DNA of 51,741 nucleotides from an uncultured Candidatus Bathyarchaeia archaeon (GTDB taxonomy: Archaea; Thermoproteota; Bathyarchaeia; Bathyarchaeales; SOJC01), in the NCBI GenBank assembly GCA_964395545.1, contig CAYNAW010000003.1:1-51741 (forward strand), in the 5' to 3' direction. A model generated the notes under the pieces. That model had not been told where the DNA came from and did no database searches. It saw only the letters and a list, made by a program, of their open reading frames with translations. The position numbers and the translations under genes are program-made. Positions within the stretch are counted from its first letter, which is position 1, and each line of letters opens with the position of its first letter. Positions 26,004 to 34,911 of this stretch are shown piece by piece.

Positions 26004-27190
26004 AAGAATGCGGTAAGGATGATGGAACTGAATATTATGCTCATTATGACCGCTCCGAAGCCTCCTAGAAAGGCTTTGTTCCAAGAGAGCTCCTGCATCT
26101 TTTTCAGGGCGATCGTGCACAGGACGGTAGTCCAGGCATAGTATAGTAGGCTCAGGATCGAGATGGGCAAGCCCCAGTTGTTTTGGTAGATTGCGATGTA
26201 TTCTTCATAGGCAAAGTTGTACGGGACGAAGATGGGGGGCAAGACAAGGAAAACTAGGGCGAGGGCTCCCTGATAGACGAGTGTCACTGAATAGATATAG
26301 CCCAAGGTGCTCACTAGGTTCTTCCAGACACCACTCCACTTCGAGACGCTCTTCAATATTAAGAAAGCTATTGCCGAGAGCATTAGCCATCTAATCAAGA
26401 AATCGGTGACGCTTCTCATGATCCAGAATATGCTCAGCAATGTGATGTCGTCCCACATAACGGTGTAGAATCTGCCAAAGAAGAGGTCGTCTATCTTCAG
26501 CGTGAGCGTCGACAGGTCTGCCCATGAAACCACGAGTCCTATGCCGGTAATGTTGTCCCAGCTCGGCGCGTTCTCGGCTGTCCAATCGTCGCCTGCAAGG
26601 TTTACGCTGACGTTTGCCCACGTGTCACCTGTGTCCGCCAAAAGGTCGCTCACATCGAGTTCAAACCGTTTGTCTTCATCGTTGAGCGAGAAGAGCTGCA
26701 GCGTAGCATCGGTAGGCGTCACGTTTCCTGCATTAATCCATTTTGTCCTAAGCGATAGGCGACCATACTCTTCTTTGGAGCAGTTGATGCTTCCTATGCC
26801 TGTAAGCCGCAACCAGATGGACGAGCCATTTCCCAGAGTGGCTGAGACCGTGTCGTTGCCAACGATGGTCTCGTAGTTTTCGAACGTTATGTTGCCGTTT
26901 GAGCTCCACTGAAACAGGGTCGAATTCGTCGGGTGTTCTGTCCACAAGTCTTTCTCCGGCTTCGGGTCTTCAAAGAAGAACTTGGTTCCGCTGAGGTATT
27001 GTGCGCCTATGGTTAGGGGTAGCGTTATCAGCAGGATTAGGATTGGACCCTTGATGTTCGGTTTCTTCACTATTTCCTCGAAGGTCTTCACGGGAGAGTA
27101 GAGAACCCCGAACACCCATTTCACGAATTGGACACGGCTCTCTTTCTCTTCTTTCCTTTCTTCGGCGGGCAGAGTTTCTTCTGCTGTCAA
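26000..27190 (-). CDS. Yip1-domain-like membrane protein with large extracytoplasmic insert
   Basis: VFGVLYSPVKTFEEIVKKPNIKGP Yip1-type N-terminus and 5 TM segments. Beta-rich loop of about 170 aa with many N-x-S/T sequons. Its TTG start overlaps the HMGCS stop (TTGA). Confidence 0.65.
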   Translation of the reverse strand: MTAEETLPAEERKEEKESRVQFVKWVFGVLYSPVKTFEEIVKKPNIKGPILILLITLPLTIGAQYLSGTKFFFEDPKPEKDLWTEHPTNSTLFQWSSNGNITFENYETIVGNDTVSATLGNGSSIWLRLTGIGSINCSKEEYGRLSLRTKWINAGNVTPTDATLQLFSLNDEDKRFELDVSDLLADTGDTWANVSVNLAGDDWTAENAPSWDNITGIGLVVSWADLSTLTLKIDDLFFGRFYTVMWDDITLLSIFWIMRSVTDFLIRWLMLSAIAFLILKSVSKWSGVWKNLVSTLGYIYSVTLVYQGALALVFLVLPPIFVPYNFAYEEYIAIYQNNWGLPISILSLLYYAWTTVLCTIALKKMQELSWNKAFLGGFGAVIMSIIFSSIILTAFF

Positions 27191-28710
27191 CTTTCTTGCA
27201 TTCCCCGTTTGAATCTTCTGTAGGCGGCATAGTCTATGTAATTTATAGACGTGTTTCCTGCTTGGTACCCGATGGTGAATTTCTGTCGGTTCCTCTTTTC
27301 AGTTATCTGACCCGTGGTTATGAAGGAGTAGGCGTCGCTCCCTGCTCCTGATCCGTAACTTCCCACCACAATCCTCTCGCCGGGTTTCGCCACGTCAAGG
27401 ATGGCCGCCAAGCCGATGGGCGAGCATCCTGAATAGGTGTTCCCAAACTTGGCCACTTGAAGCCCGGGCTGGAACTGCTCCTCTGTGAAGCCCAGAGCCT
27501 TAGAAGCCCGGGTCGGAAATGCAGCGTTGGGTTGATGCGCCACGAAATAGTTTACGTCTCGAGGCTCCAACTTCAAGCGTTCCATAAGCTTCTTCACGGC
27601 CTTCGTCACATGCTTGAAGTAGGCTGGTTCTCCGGTGAATCTGCCTCCGTGGCTCGGGTAGGGTTGAGTGTCTCTTCTCCAAAAATCCGGCGTGTCCGAA
27701 GTGACTGAGCACCAGCCCTCAAATTGAGCTATGACGTCACATTTGCCAAAGATGAAGGCGCAAGCGCCATAGCCCACAAAGAAGTCTAACTCGCCACCGG
27801 GTTCTCCTCTAGGCGCGGATTGAGAGTTGTCTGTGCCAATCACCATGGCATAGGCTTCCTCCGAGTCAGGGTAGTACACCAGAGAGGCGGCATCTTTGAA
27901 CATGCTGGTCGCTGCTTTGCAGGCAAATTCGGTGTCCACCGCGTCTACGCACTGTAGTCCTTCTGCTTGGCATTCTTCGCCGAGCTTAAGGACCTGCGCC
28001 ACCTTGGAGGCGATGGGCTTGACCGCGTACGGATTAGACTCTGAGCCCACGTACACCTTGCCAACCAGCCTATGGTCTATGGCCGAGTGGATGAGGGCAA
28101 TCTTTCCGGCTTCCACGGCTGCAGTGATCGAGTCTTCATCCAAGAACGGGACAGAACGCTCAATCGCTCCGTCTTTTACTCTGAATTTAGAGGAGTAGAC
28201 GCCGTAGCCCACTATTCCGGGCCTCTCGTATTCTTTGGATGGCCTAACAATCCTGTAGTCTTGGAAGGGGTAGTACCCGCTGGATAGGGAGAAAGCCAAG
28301 GAGATGGTGGGCACTATTTCGCTTGGCTCAACGGCATGTCTTCTCCTGAAGCGAGGAACAACCTTCTTGCCCTCCAACTCGTCAAAGTCGATTTCTTCTC
28401 CATCCTTAACGATGTGGTCGGTCAGTCTTGCAGGAAACTTCACTGCACCGTCATGGAATGACACTATCCCGTACACGTAGGGGGCAAGCCTCGTAAACTT
28501 GTTCGTCGACTCGTTTACTAAAGTGCATACTTCCAAGGTTCCTTCGTCGTAGAAGAAGTCGATGTTCTCCATCTTTCTGAAGCTCTCTCGCCCACAGGCG
28601 CCGCAGTAGTTTCTGGGCTTGAAGTACTCTCTGCCGCAGAGGGTGCAGCGGCTACCTCGCAGTCTGTCGCCTATGTAGGCTACCCTTCGCTCGATGGGCT
28701 CGCTACTCAC
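27187..28710 (-). CDS. DUF35 (Zn-ribbon/OB-fold) fused to hydroxymethylglutaryl-CoA synthase
   Basis: The N-terminal ~125 aa carry CTLCG..x..CGACG rubredoxin-like and OB motifs typical of DUF35. The rest is HMGCS (GSESNPYAVKP, EFACKAATS catalytic Cys, GSYGSGAGSD). GTG 28710 overlaps the thiolase stop (GTGAGTAG) and follows GGGGAGGG. Confidence 0.85.
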   Translation of the reverse strand: MSSEPIERRVAYIGDRLRGSRCTLCGREYFKPRNYCGACGRESFRKMENIDFFYDEGTLEVCTLVNESTNKFTRLAPYVYGIVSFHDGAVKFPARLTDHIVKDGEEIDFDELEGKKVVPRFRRRHAVEPSEIVPTISLAFSLSSGYYPFQDYRIVRPSKEYERPGIVGYGVYSSKFRVKDGAIERSVPFLDEDSITAAVEAGKIALIHSAIDHRLVGKVYVGSESNPYAVKPIASKVAQVLKLGEECQAEGLQCVDAVDTEFACKAATSMFKDAASLVYYPDSEEAYAMVIGTDNSQSAPRGEPGGELDFFVGYGACAFIFGKCDVIAQFEGWCSVTSDTPDFWRRDTQPYPSHGGRFTGEPAYFKHVTKAVKKLMERLKLEPRDVNYFVAHQPNAAFPTRASKALGFTEEQFQPGLQVAKFGNTYSGCSPIGLAAILDVAKPGERIVVGSYGSGAGSDAYSFITTGQITEKRNRQKFTIGYQAGNTSINYIDYAAYRRFKRGMQES

Positions 28711-29908
28711 GCTGTTCCCTCCCCAAGATGTGAACGTAGGCTTTGGTCCCGAAGCCCTCCAGCTCGTGAACACAGCCGCAGCTGAGCTCCCCGTCTGCCT
28801 TGACTTGTCTCTCACCTGCCTCGTGTCTCAACTGCTGAAACACCTCAAAGACCTCTGCACCTCCGGTAGCCCCCAACGGGTTGCCGTCTGCCTTCAATCC
28901 TCCATTCGTGTTAATGAAGAGCTTCCTGCCGTCAAGTTCGTAATAGTCTCTCCGCTGACCGTTCTCGTGAATGTCCTTCCAAGCCTTGCCTCTATGGTAG
29001 AAGCCCAAGTCTTCCAGAGACACCATTCCCATCATCGTGGACTGATCGTAGACTTGTAGGATTGCGATGTCTTCCAACCTGACTCGGGCGGCTTTGAGAG
29101 CTTCGTCCATCGCGAGGCGAGTAGCTAAGAAGCCTGTCAAATCGCTCCGTGAAGGGAACGTGATGTAGTCTGTAGCCGTAGAGGAGCCTAACACGTAGAC
29201 GGCCTTGTCAGTGTAGGATTCGGCAAGCTCCGCGCTCGTCAGAATCAAGGCAGAGGCGCCATCGGAAATGGGTGCAAAATCGAACAACCCCAACGGCTTT
29301 CTTGCCTCAGTCCGTGCCTTGACGACAGTCTCGACTGAGACTTCCCTGCGGAACTGAGCATACTCGTTCTTCACGGCGTTGCGGTGGTTCCTGACAGAGA
29401 GTTGAGCTAGAGCTTTGTTGAAGGAGTCGAGCTCGTTGCCCGTTATCTTGTGCTGTCTAACGTATGCTCTCAGCATCAGCTCGTGGTTGGCTTCAGGGGT
29501 GCACCCCGCATAGTAGCTCCATGGGTCTTCCAAAAGCATGAGGTCGTCCCGTATCTTGTCCCAGCGGTCAGTCATCTTTTCCATCCCTCCCACGAGCACA
29601 AGGTCATACTTGCCAGCTTGAACAGCGTTACAAGCGTTAGAAAGCGTGGAGCTGAATGAACGCGTGATTTCCATGGGAATGTTCGTTTCCAGAAGCTCGG
29701 ACAAGAAGCCCTCCTCGAGCCCAATCTTGTTGGTTATGGGCAAGAAGTAGTCGGCGAAGTAGCATGCGTTCAGGTCTCCCCGCTCGATCTTGGCTGAATT
29801 CAGCGCCGCCAGTCCGGCCTCTTCCACGAGGTCCTCGGGCTCCCTCTCATAATGCTCTCCAAAATGGGTTCTGCCCACGCTGATGATGGCTGGGCACTTC
29901 GCTTTCAT
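28703..29908 (-). CDS. acetyl-CoA acetyltransferase (archaeal thiolase, SCP-x-like)
   Basis: Thiolase-fold motifs (LSNACNAV, GGMEKM, NTNGGLKADGNPLGATG) in the usual position next to HMGCS. Confidence 0.9.
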   Translation of the reverse strand: MKAKCPAIISVGRTHFGEHYEREPEDLVEEAGLAALNSAKIERGDLNACYFADYFLPITNKIGLEEGFLSELLETNIPMEITRSFSSTLSNACNAVQAGKYDLVLVGGMEKMTDRWDKIRDDLMLLEDPWSYYAGCTPEANHELMLRAYVRQHKITGNELDSFNKALAQLSVRNHRNAVKNEYAQFRREVSVETVVKARTEARKPLGLFDFAPISDGASALILTSAELAESYTDKAVYVLGSSTATDYITFPSRSDLTGFLATRLAMDEALKAARVRLEDIAILQVYDQSTMMGMVSLEDLGFYHRGKAWKDIHENGQRRDYYELDGRKLFINTNGGLKADGNPLGATGGAEVFEVFQQLRHEAGERQVKADGELSCGCVHELEGFGTKAYVHILGREQRE

Positions 29909-30064
29909 GATCAGGGCTGACTCCTTTCTGCTGCCAAGCTTTTGTTCACTTATACGAGGGTCTTTCTTAAGTGTTTTCTATCTCCAAGCAACTGTGAGTC
30001 GAGCGTATGCGGGGTTTGAACAACCCTTTTATTGCCGTCGTCAACATGTTGCCGTGTGATACGT

Positions 30065-30607
30065 ATGTCTTCCTCGAAGAAGAGGACGGTGCTCTTGGGC
30101 ATATTGCTGCTCGCGTTTTTAGCCGTGGCATACGTCGAGAACCGGATTTTCTTCGGGTATTCTGGTAGCGTGTTCGCCGAACCTTTGGTCGCCATAATCG
30201 TGGTCTTCATCCACAACGTCCTCGTCGTCTCTCTTATCCTCTTAGCTATGACCTTCTATGTCGAACTCGTCCTCTCGTTCTTCAAGCCCAGTAAATTCGA
30301 GTACATCGTGCTTCAGCATCCGCGAATATTCGCATTTGTGTTCACGTGCATGATAATTCTGCTGAGCGTTCTCAGAGCCAGCACCATAGTCTACGGAAGC
30401 GTAGTCCTGAGCGGACTGGTCATCGTCTTGCTGCTGAGCTTGCCCCATGGCATAGTTGAGGGCTACGGTATCTACTTAACAATCCAGAAAACCCTTCGAC
30501 GAACTATGACGCTGAGGGCCTTATTGGCCATATACACGCTGTTCTTCATTGCCGCGCTGATCGAGGTCGGCTTCTTCCAGCTCCTGCTTCTAACCCGCGG
30601 TGCTTGA
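30065..30607 (+). CDS. SpoIIM/DUF95-like integral membrane protein
   Basis: FIHNVLV and LPHGIVEGYG signature motifs, 5-6 TM segments. ATG 30065 is preferred over TTG 30032. Confidence 0.65.
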   Translation: MSSSKKRTVLLGILLLAFLAVAYVENRIFFGYSGSVFAEPLVAIIVVFIHNVLVVSLILLAMTFYVELVLSFFKPSKFEYIVLQHPRIFAFVFTCMIILLSVLRASTIVYGSVVLSGLVIVLLLSLPHGIVEGYGIYLTIQKTLRRTMTLRALLAIYTLFFIAALIEVGFFQLLLLTRGA

Positions 30608-30661
30608 ACCTTTAAATAAAAATTTTGCCAATCATCTGTTCAACTAGCTGGAGTGAGTTTG

Positions 30662-31867
30662 ATGCGTCCTTTTCACGTAGCCTCCGAGGAAGAAATTAAG
30701 CAGGGCAAGACCACAGACATTTACTTCGTCCGCACCAAACAAGTCTTAGAAGCTAAGGGACTGGACAGGACCCGCGTTGTGGCTGAGGTGACGTCAGGTA
30801 GTCTTCCTGACGACTGGTCTTGGGGAGTACTATGCGGCGTTGAAGAAGTCGCCCATCTTTTCGAGGGCGTCCCCGTGGACATCTACTGCATGCCCGAGGG
30901 ATCAGTCTTCCGCCCAGACGATTTCCGCGGCTTTCGCGAGCCCGTGATGCGTATCGATGGGTCTTACGGACGTTTCTGCGTCTATGAAACTCCTCTTCTC
31001 GGTCTGCTCTGCCAAGCCTCTGGGGTTGCTACTCGAGCGGCGCGGATGAGGAAAATCGCCGTTGATAAGAGGCTAATATCCTTCGGAGTGCGTCGCATGC
31101 ACCCTGCTCTTGCCCCGATGATTGACCGGGCGGCGTACGTGGGAGGGTTCGATGCAGTAAGCTGTTTGTCAGGTGCGAAAATCACGGGTACGAAGTCTGT
31201 TGGAACGATGCCTCACGGCTTAATCATAATCTTTGGGGACCAAGTCAAGGCTTGGAAGGCCTTCGATCAGGTGGTCGAGGGAGATGTGCCGCGAGTTGCT
31301 TTGGTGGACACCTATTCTGACGAGAAGATGGAGTCTATCATGGCCGCAGAAACACTGAAGGATTTGGAGGCGGTACGCCTCGACACACCGTCGTCTCGAC
31401 GAGGCGATTTTTCAGAGCTCGTGCGAGAAGTACGTTGGGAACTGACCCTCCGTGGGTACGAACGTGTTAAAATCTTCGTGTCTGGAGGCTTGAATGAGGA
31501 GTCTGTAGGCCGGCTACGCGATGCGGGTGCCGACGCGTTCGGCGTTGGCACGTATATAAGCAACTCGCCGACCGTGAACTTCGCCATGGACATAGTCGAG
31601 AAGGAGGGACGATTTTGCGCCAAGCGTGGCAAACTAGGAGGTAGAAAGGAGGTTTGGAGATGTCGAAAGTGCTTCGTAGATGTTGCTTTGCCCCTCGATG
31701 CTCCTCAACCCACGTGCCCCCGATGTGGCGGGAGGACTGAACGTATGCTCAAACCCCTCGTGAAGAATGGACGGATAGTGGGGGAACTGCCCAAGCCACG
31801 GGATATTCGGGCCTACGTGCTCAGGCAGTTGGAGAAGCTTTCGCTGGAACGGTCTAAGGAGGCATGA
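30662..31867 (+). CDS. nicotinate phosphoribosyltransferase with C-terminal zinc ribbon
   Basis: TDIYF N-terminus, GTMPHG, DTY and GVGT motifs. C-terminal CRKC..x..CPRCG. ATG 30662 lies behind GGAGTGA. Confidence 0.85.
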   Translation: MRPFHVASEEEIKQGKTTDIYFVRTKQVLEAKGLDRTRVVAEVTSGSLPDDWSWGVLCGVEEVAHLFEGVPVDIYCMPEGSVFRPDDFRGFREPVMRIDGSYGRFCVYETPLLGLLCQASGVATRAARMRKIAVDKRLISFGVRRMHPALAPMIDRAAYVGGFDAVSCLSGAKITGTKSVGTMPHGLIIIFGDQVKAWKAFDQVVEGDVPRVALVDTYSDEKMESIMAAETLKDLEAVRLDTPSSRRGDFSELVREVRWELTLRGYERVKIFVSGGLNEESVGRLRDAGADAFGVGTYISNSPTVNFAMDIVEKEGRFCAKRGKLGGRKEVWRCRKCFVDVALPLDAPQPTCPRCGGRTERMLKPLVKNGRIVGELPKPRDIRAYVLRQLEKLSLERSKEA

Positions 31868-32612
31868 AGCCTAGCGCTCGAAGGTCTCTCCCAACTTGGT
31901 CCTCCCACTCGTCCATCTCGTTCGGTGGGAATTTTCTCTGCCAATGCTCGGTCCAACTTTGCACGGTCTTACTGAAGTATCGCATTTTTAGCAGTCGGGA
32001 GTTTGCCTCTCCGTAATACTTGGTCATGGTTTCTCTTGAGGGCATCTTATACTCGTTCTCGTGTAGCACGGCTTCTAGGGGCCAGCGTGGTCTCGTCGGC
32101 GGCGCCTCATTGGGGTATCCTAAGCACACCAGCACTATGGGCATGACTTTCTTCGGCAGCTTCAGTATCTCAGCTATCCCCTTCAAGTCACTCCAGACGC
32201 TACCTATAAACACTGAACCCAAGCCGTAAGCCTCTGCGGCGATCACCATGTTCTCCGCGGCGAGGGCGGCGTCGATTACAGCGGGGAGCAGCATGCTCTG
32301 AGGTCCAAATTTGGTCTTGACTTTCAACAGTTTGAATAGTTCGAGTTGTCGGGCCATGTCGGCGCACACCACTATCCAGACCGGAGCCTGCTTCATACCT
32401 TCTTGCTCTCCGATGGCTTTGGAAATCGCGCTGCGCAGCCTCAGGTCTCTGATGAGGATGAAGCTGTAGGTCTGCATGCCGCAGGCGGTGGGTGCTCTCT
32501 GCCCGGCCGCGACTATTCGGTGTATTATACGCCGTGGCACTCGTTTGGGTTTGAATTTCCGGATGCTCTTTCGCTGGAAAATGGTTTCCAACACTGGTTC
32601 TTTGATTGTCAT
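31854..32612 (-). CDS. nitroreductase family protein
   Basis: FQRKSIRKF and RIVAAGQRAPTACGMQ motifs, typical of FMN nitroreductases. Confidence 0.85.
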   Translation of the reverse strand: MTIKEPVLETIFQRKSIRKFKPKRVPRRIIHRIVAAGQRAPTACGMQTYSFILIRDLRLRSAISKAIGEQEGMKQAPVWIVVCADMARQLELFKLLKVKTKFGPQSMLLPAVIDAALAAENMVIAAEAYGLGSVFIGSVWSDLKGIAEILKLPKKVMPIVLVCLGYPNEAPPTRPRWPLEAVLHENEYKMPSRETMTKYYGEANSRLLKMRYFSKTVQSWTEHWQRKFPPNEMDEWEDQVGRDLRALGFMPP

Positions 32613-32746
32613 GGGACTCCCTCATCTGTAGGTTCAGTCATCATAAAATAACGTTTGTTGTTCTGGCGTTGCGCCTGCACGGCGGAGCTTTAACGCTTAT
32701 ATTCACTGCCCTCTAACTGAGTGTTAGATAGATGCGGTGATGCCAT

Positions 32747-33118
32747 TTGCCTTACTGTTCGAAATGTGGCTCTAAGACTGCAGAAGAGATGAAATACTGT
32801 CCCAAATGCGGGGCTTCCCTCAAGGGTGAACCTGTTGCCAGAGAGGTTTCAGAGAAGCATGAGAAGCGCGAGAAACAGGAGAAGCATGAGAAGGAAGAGA
32901 AGGGCGAGAAACACGAGAAGGACGAAACGAGTCGTTTCTGGGCTTTGATCGGCGGTGTCATGCTACTAATCCTGGGACTCGTTTCGTTCGTCGCAATCGT
33001 GTTCGGCTTTCCAGACCCATGGCGCGGAGCCTTTATCCTAGTCATACTCGGCGTGTTCATCATAATCGTGGCTCTCTACGGCACAGTCAAAGCCTCCCAG
33101 AGAAGCCCGAAGCCTTAA
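32747..33118 (+). CDS. zinc-ribbon membrane protein with His/Glu/Lys repeat linker
   Basis: CSKCG-x11-CPKCG, then EKHEKREKQEKHEKEEKGEKHEKDE, then two TM helices. TTG start. Confidence 0.6.
   Translation: MPYCSKCGSKTAEEMKYCPKCGASLKGEPVAREVSEKHEKREKQEKHEKEEKGEKHEKDETSRFWALIGGVMLLILGLVSFVAIVFGFPDPWRGAFILVILGVFIIIVALYGTVKASQRSPKP
32852..32926 (+). repeat. in-frame (E/K)EKHEK low-complexity coding repeat
   Basis: gagaagcatgagaag units reiterated about 4 times within CDS 32747-33118. Confidence 0.8.
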
Positions 33119-34260
33119 AGGAACCACCCAAAAAAGAGCCTGTACAGCCTATGCTCCAATACGGCTAAAGTGGTGGCTCTGCCAAAAACTCGGAAATAAT
33201 TCCTTCCCATCGCCTCAACCATGTCGCCAATATCGTATCTAGGAAATAGGCATGAGGAAACCACGAGGCTTCCCCACTCGCCTCTCCGCAGCTCGTGAAG
33301 CATCTTCAACCCCTGCCCCGTCTTGACTTCGAAGACGTATTTGTCGCAGTTTGGGCTGATAAAGGGAAGATCGTCAAGCTGTTGACCGAACACGCCCTCC
33401 GTGGCCGTGTACATCTCAACGACGGGCACGTTGCCATAGTGAGCCCTCAACTTAGGCGCATACTTGAACTGAATCTTTCGCACGCTTGTGCAGAAGAGTG
33501 CCCTAGGCTGCCACATGTCTTTGGGCTTCTTTCCATATCTCTTCGCGACGTATCTGGCGAAGGCAAGAATGACTGGCGTGACTCCCATCGCCGCAGTAAC
33601 ATTCTCGTTCTGTGCCCTTTGGTAGACAAGTTCGAACCGTCTCTCCCAGTCTTGTCGGGTGATGCCCGAACCTAACGCATCAATCTCCTCTTGTCGGGGC
33701 AGCAGACTCACCTGGTTCAGCATAGGATTAAGCCTTGCATAAGTGCCCGAGCTGTAGCCATAGGAGACGGTTCGTCCGCCCGTTTCTAGCGTGGCTACCT
33801 CGGACGGGAAATTGAGGTTGAGGATTCTTCCCGCAAGCAAAGAAGGATCCTTATTCCTCAAAGCATGGTTGACGATAGCTCTCGCGCCGCAAGCGAATAT
33901 CTGCTCCAGGTGAGTCTTGGTGGCTGGAAGAACCTTCGAAGACCCCGTGGATCCCCGCGTCATCACCCAGCAGAGGACTGGCTCGGGAAGCAGGATGAAA
34001 TGGTTTCCTGTTCTAACGTTCTCTAGAACCGGCTGAAGCTTCGGATAACTCACTATCGGGAAGTTCTTCCGAAAGTCTGCGACGTTGTCAACTTCGTCTG
34101 CAGCGTGCTGCTTGCCATAATCAGTCTTTCGATAACCGTCGACCAACTCCAACAAGGCTCTGCGCTGAGCTCCCTCAGGGTCCTCGAGTGCTTCATACCA
34201 CGGGGTTACAAAAGCCTGCAAGAACCCGTCTGGAAAGGCTGTGGCGAACATCTCAGGCAA
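33115..34260 (-). CDS. GH3-family-like adenylate-forming enzyme, N-terminal domain only
   Basis: N-terminal GH3 pattern (..VDGYRKTDYGKQH..FRKNFPIVSYPKLQPVLE..) and TRGSTGSSKVLP, equivalent to SGTTxGxxKxIP. At 381 aa it lacks the ~130-aa C-terminal lid domain. Confidence 0.6.
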   Translation of the reverse strand: MPEMFATAFPDGFLQAFVTPWYEALEDPEGAQRRALLELVDGYRKTDYGKQHAADEVDNVADFRKNFPIVSYPKLQPVLENVRTGNHFILLPEPVLCWVMTRGSTGSSKVLPATKTHLEQIFACGARAIVNHALRNKDPSLLAGRILNLNFPSEVATLETGGRTVSYGYSSGTYARLNPMLNQVSLLPRQEEIDALGSGITRQDWERRFELVYQRAQNENVTAAMGVTPVILAFARYVAKRYGKKPKDMWQPRALFCTSVRKIQFKYAPKLRAHYGNVPVVEMYTATEGVFGQQLDDLPFISPNCDKYVFEVKTGQGLKMLHELRRGEWGSLVVSSCLFPRYDIGDMVEAMGRNYFRVFGRATTLAVLEHRLYRLFFGWFL

Positions 34261-34323
34261 ATATGGGCCATTTCCTCATAAAAGTTTAAGTGACGAGCCA
34301 ACATTCAAAGTTTGGGGAATAGA

Positions 34324-34800
34324 ATGTCGTTGAACGTCGCAATCAACAAGATTCTGGTTCCGGTCGATGGCTCAGAACCCTCGGAGAGAGCAGCCAAGTA
34401 TGCAGTGTACTTAGCTAAGAAGCTGAAGGCCCATATCATAGCTGTGCACGTAATGCACGTGCCCGCCTATTTCCTCACGACTACGCCCATCGAAGGCATG
34501 CCGACGCCTGCGCCGATACCAGTACAAGTAACGGTTTCTGGTGAGGAAAAGAAGGTCGTTGAGGGCTATTTGAACAAGGTTAAGGAGATCGCGAAGAACG
34601 CAGATGTCGCTTTAGAGGCGAAGATCCTCGAGAACCAGCAGCCCATAGTCCGCGTAATCACAGAATTCGCTGAAAACGAAGGATGCTCCCTCATAGTGAT
34701 GGGAACCAAGGGCAGGACTGGAATGAAACGGTTCCTGTTGGGGAGCGTGGCGAGCGGAGTGGTTACGTATGCGCATTGCCCGGTACTCGTGGTAAGATAA
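34324..34800 (+). CDS. universal stress protein (UspA family)
   Basis: KILVPVDGSEPSERA, LIVMGTKGRTG and GSVASGVV..A.CPVLVV motifs. Confidence 0.9.
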   Translation: MSLNVAINKILVPVDGSEPSERAAKYAVYLAKKLKAHIIAVHVMHVPAYFLTTTPIEGMPTPAPIPVQVTVSGEEKKVVEGYLNKVKEIAKNADVALEAKILENQQPIVRVITEFAENEGCSLIVMGTKGRTGMKRFLLGSVASGVVTYAHCPVLVVR

Positions 34801-34911
34801 CCATAAGGCAGAAGAGAACGTGAGCAGGGCTGAAGGGCACGTTTGTTCGACCGAACGTTTATGTACTTCCAACACGAATCAAGATAGACACGAATTAGCG
34901 AGGAACAACGT

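Noticed and set aside
28711-28815. N-terminal 35-aa extension of the HMGCS fusion ORF (track start 28815).
   Set aside because: It would overlap the thiolase gene by 113 nt. GTG 28710 has a GGGGAGGG SD and a classic stop/start overlap, and the DUF35 similarity begins right after it.
32852-32926. Short tandem DNA repeats (gagaagcatgagaag) as a possible CRISPR or minisatellite.
   Set aside because: The repeats are in frame within a CDS and encode an EKHEK low-complexity linker. Units are about 15 nt without spacers, so this is not CRISPR-like.
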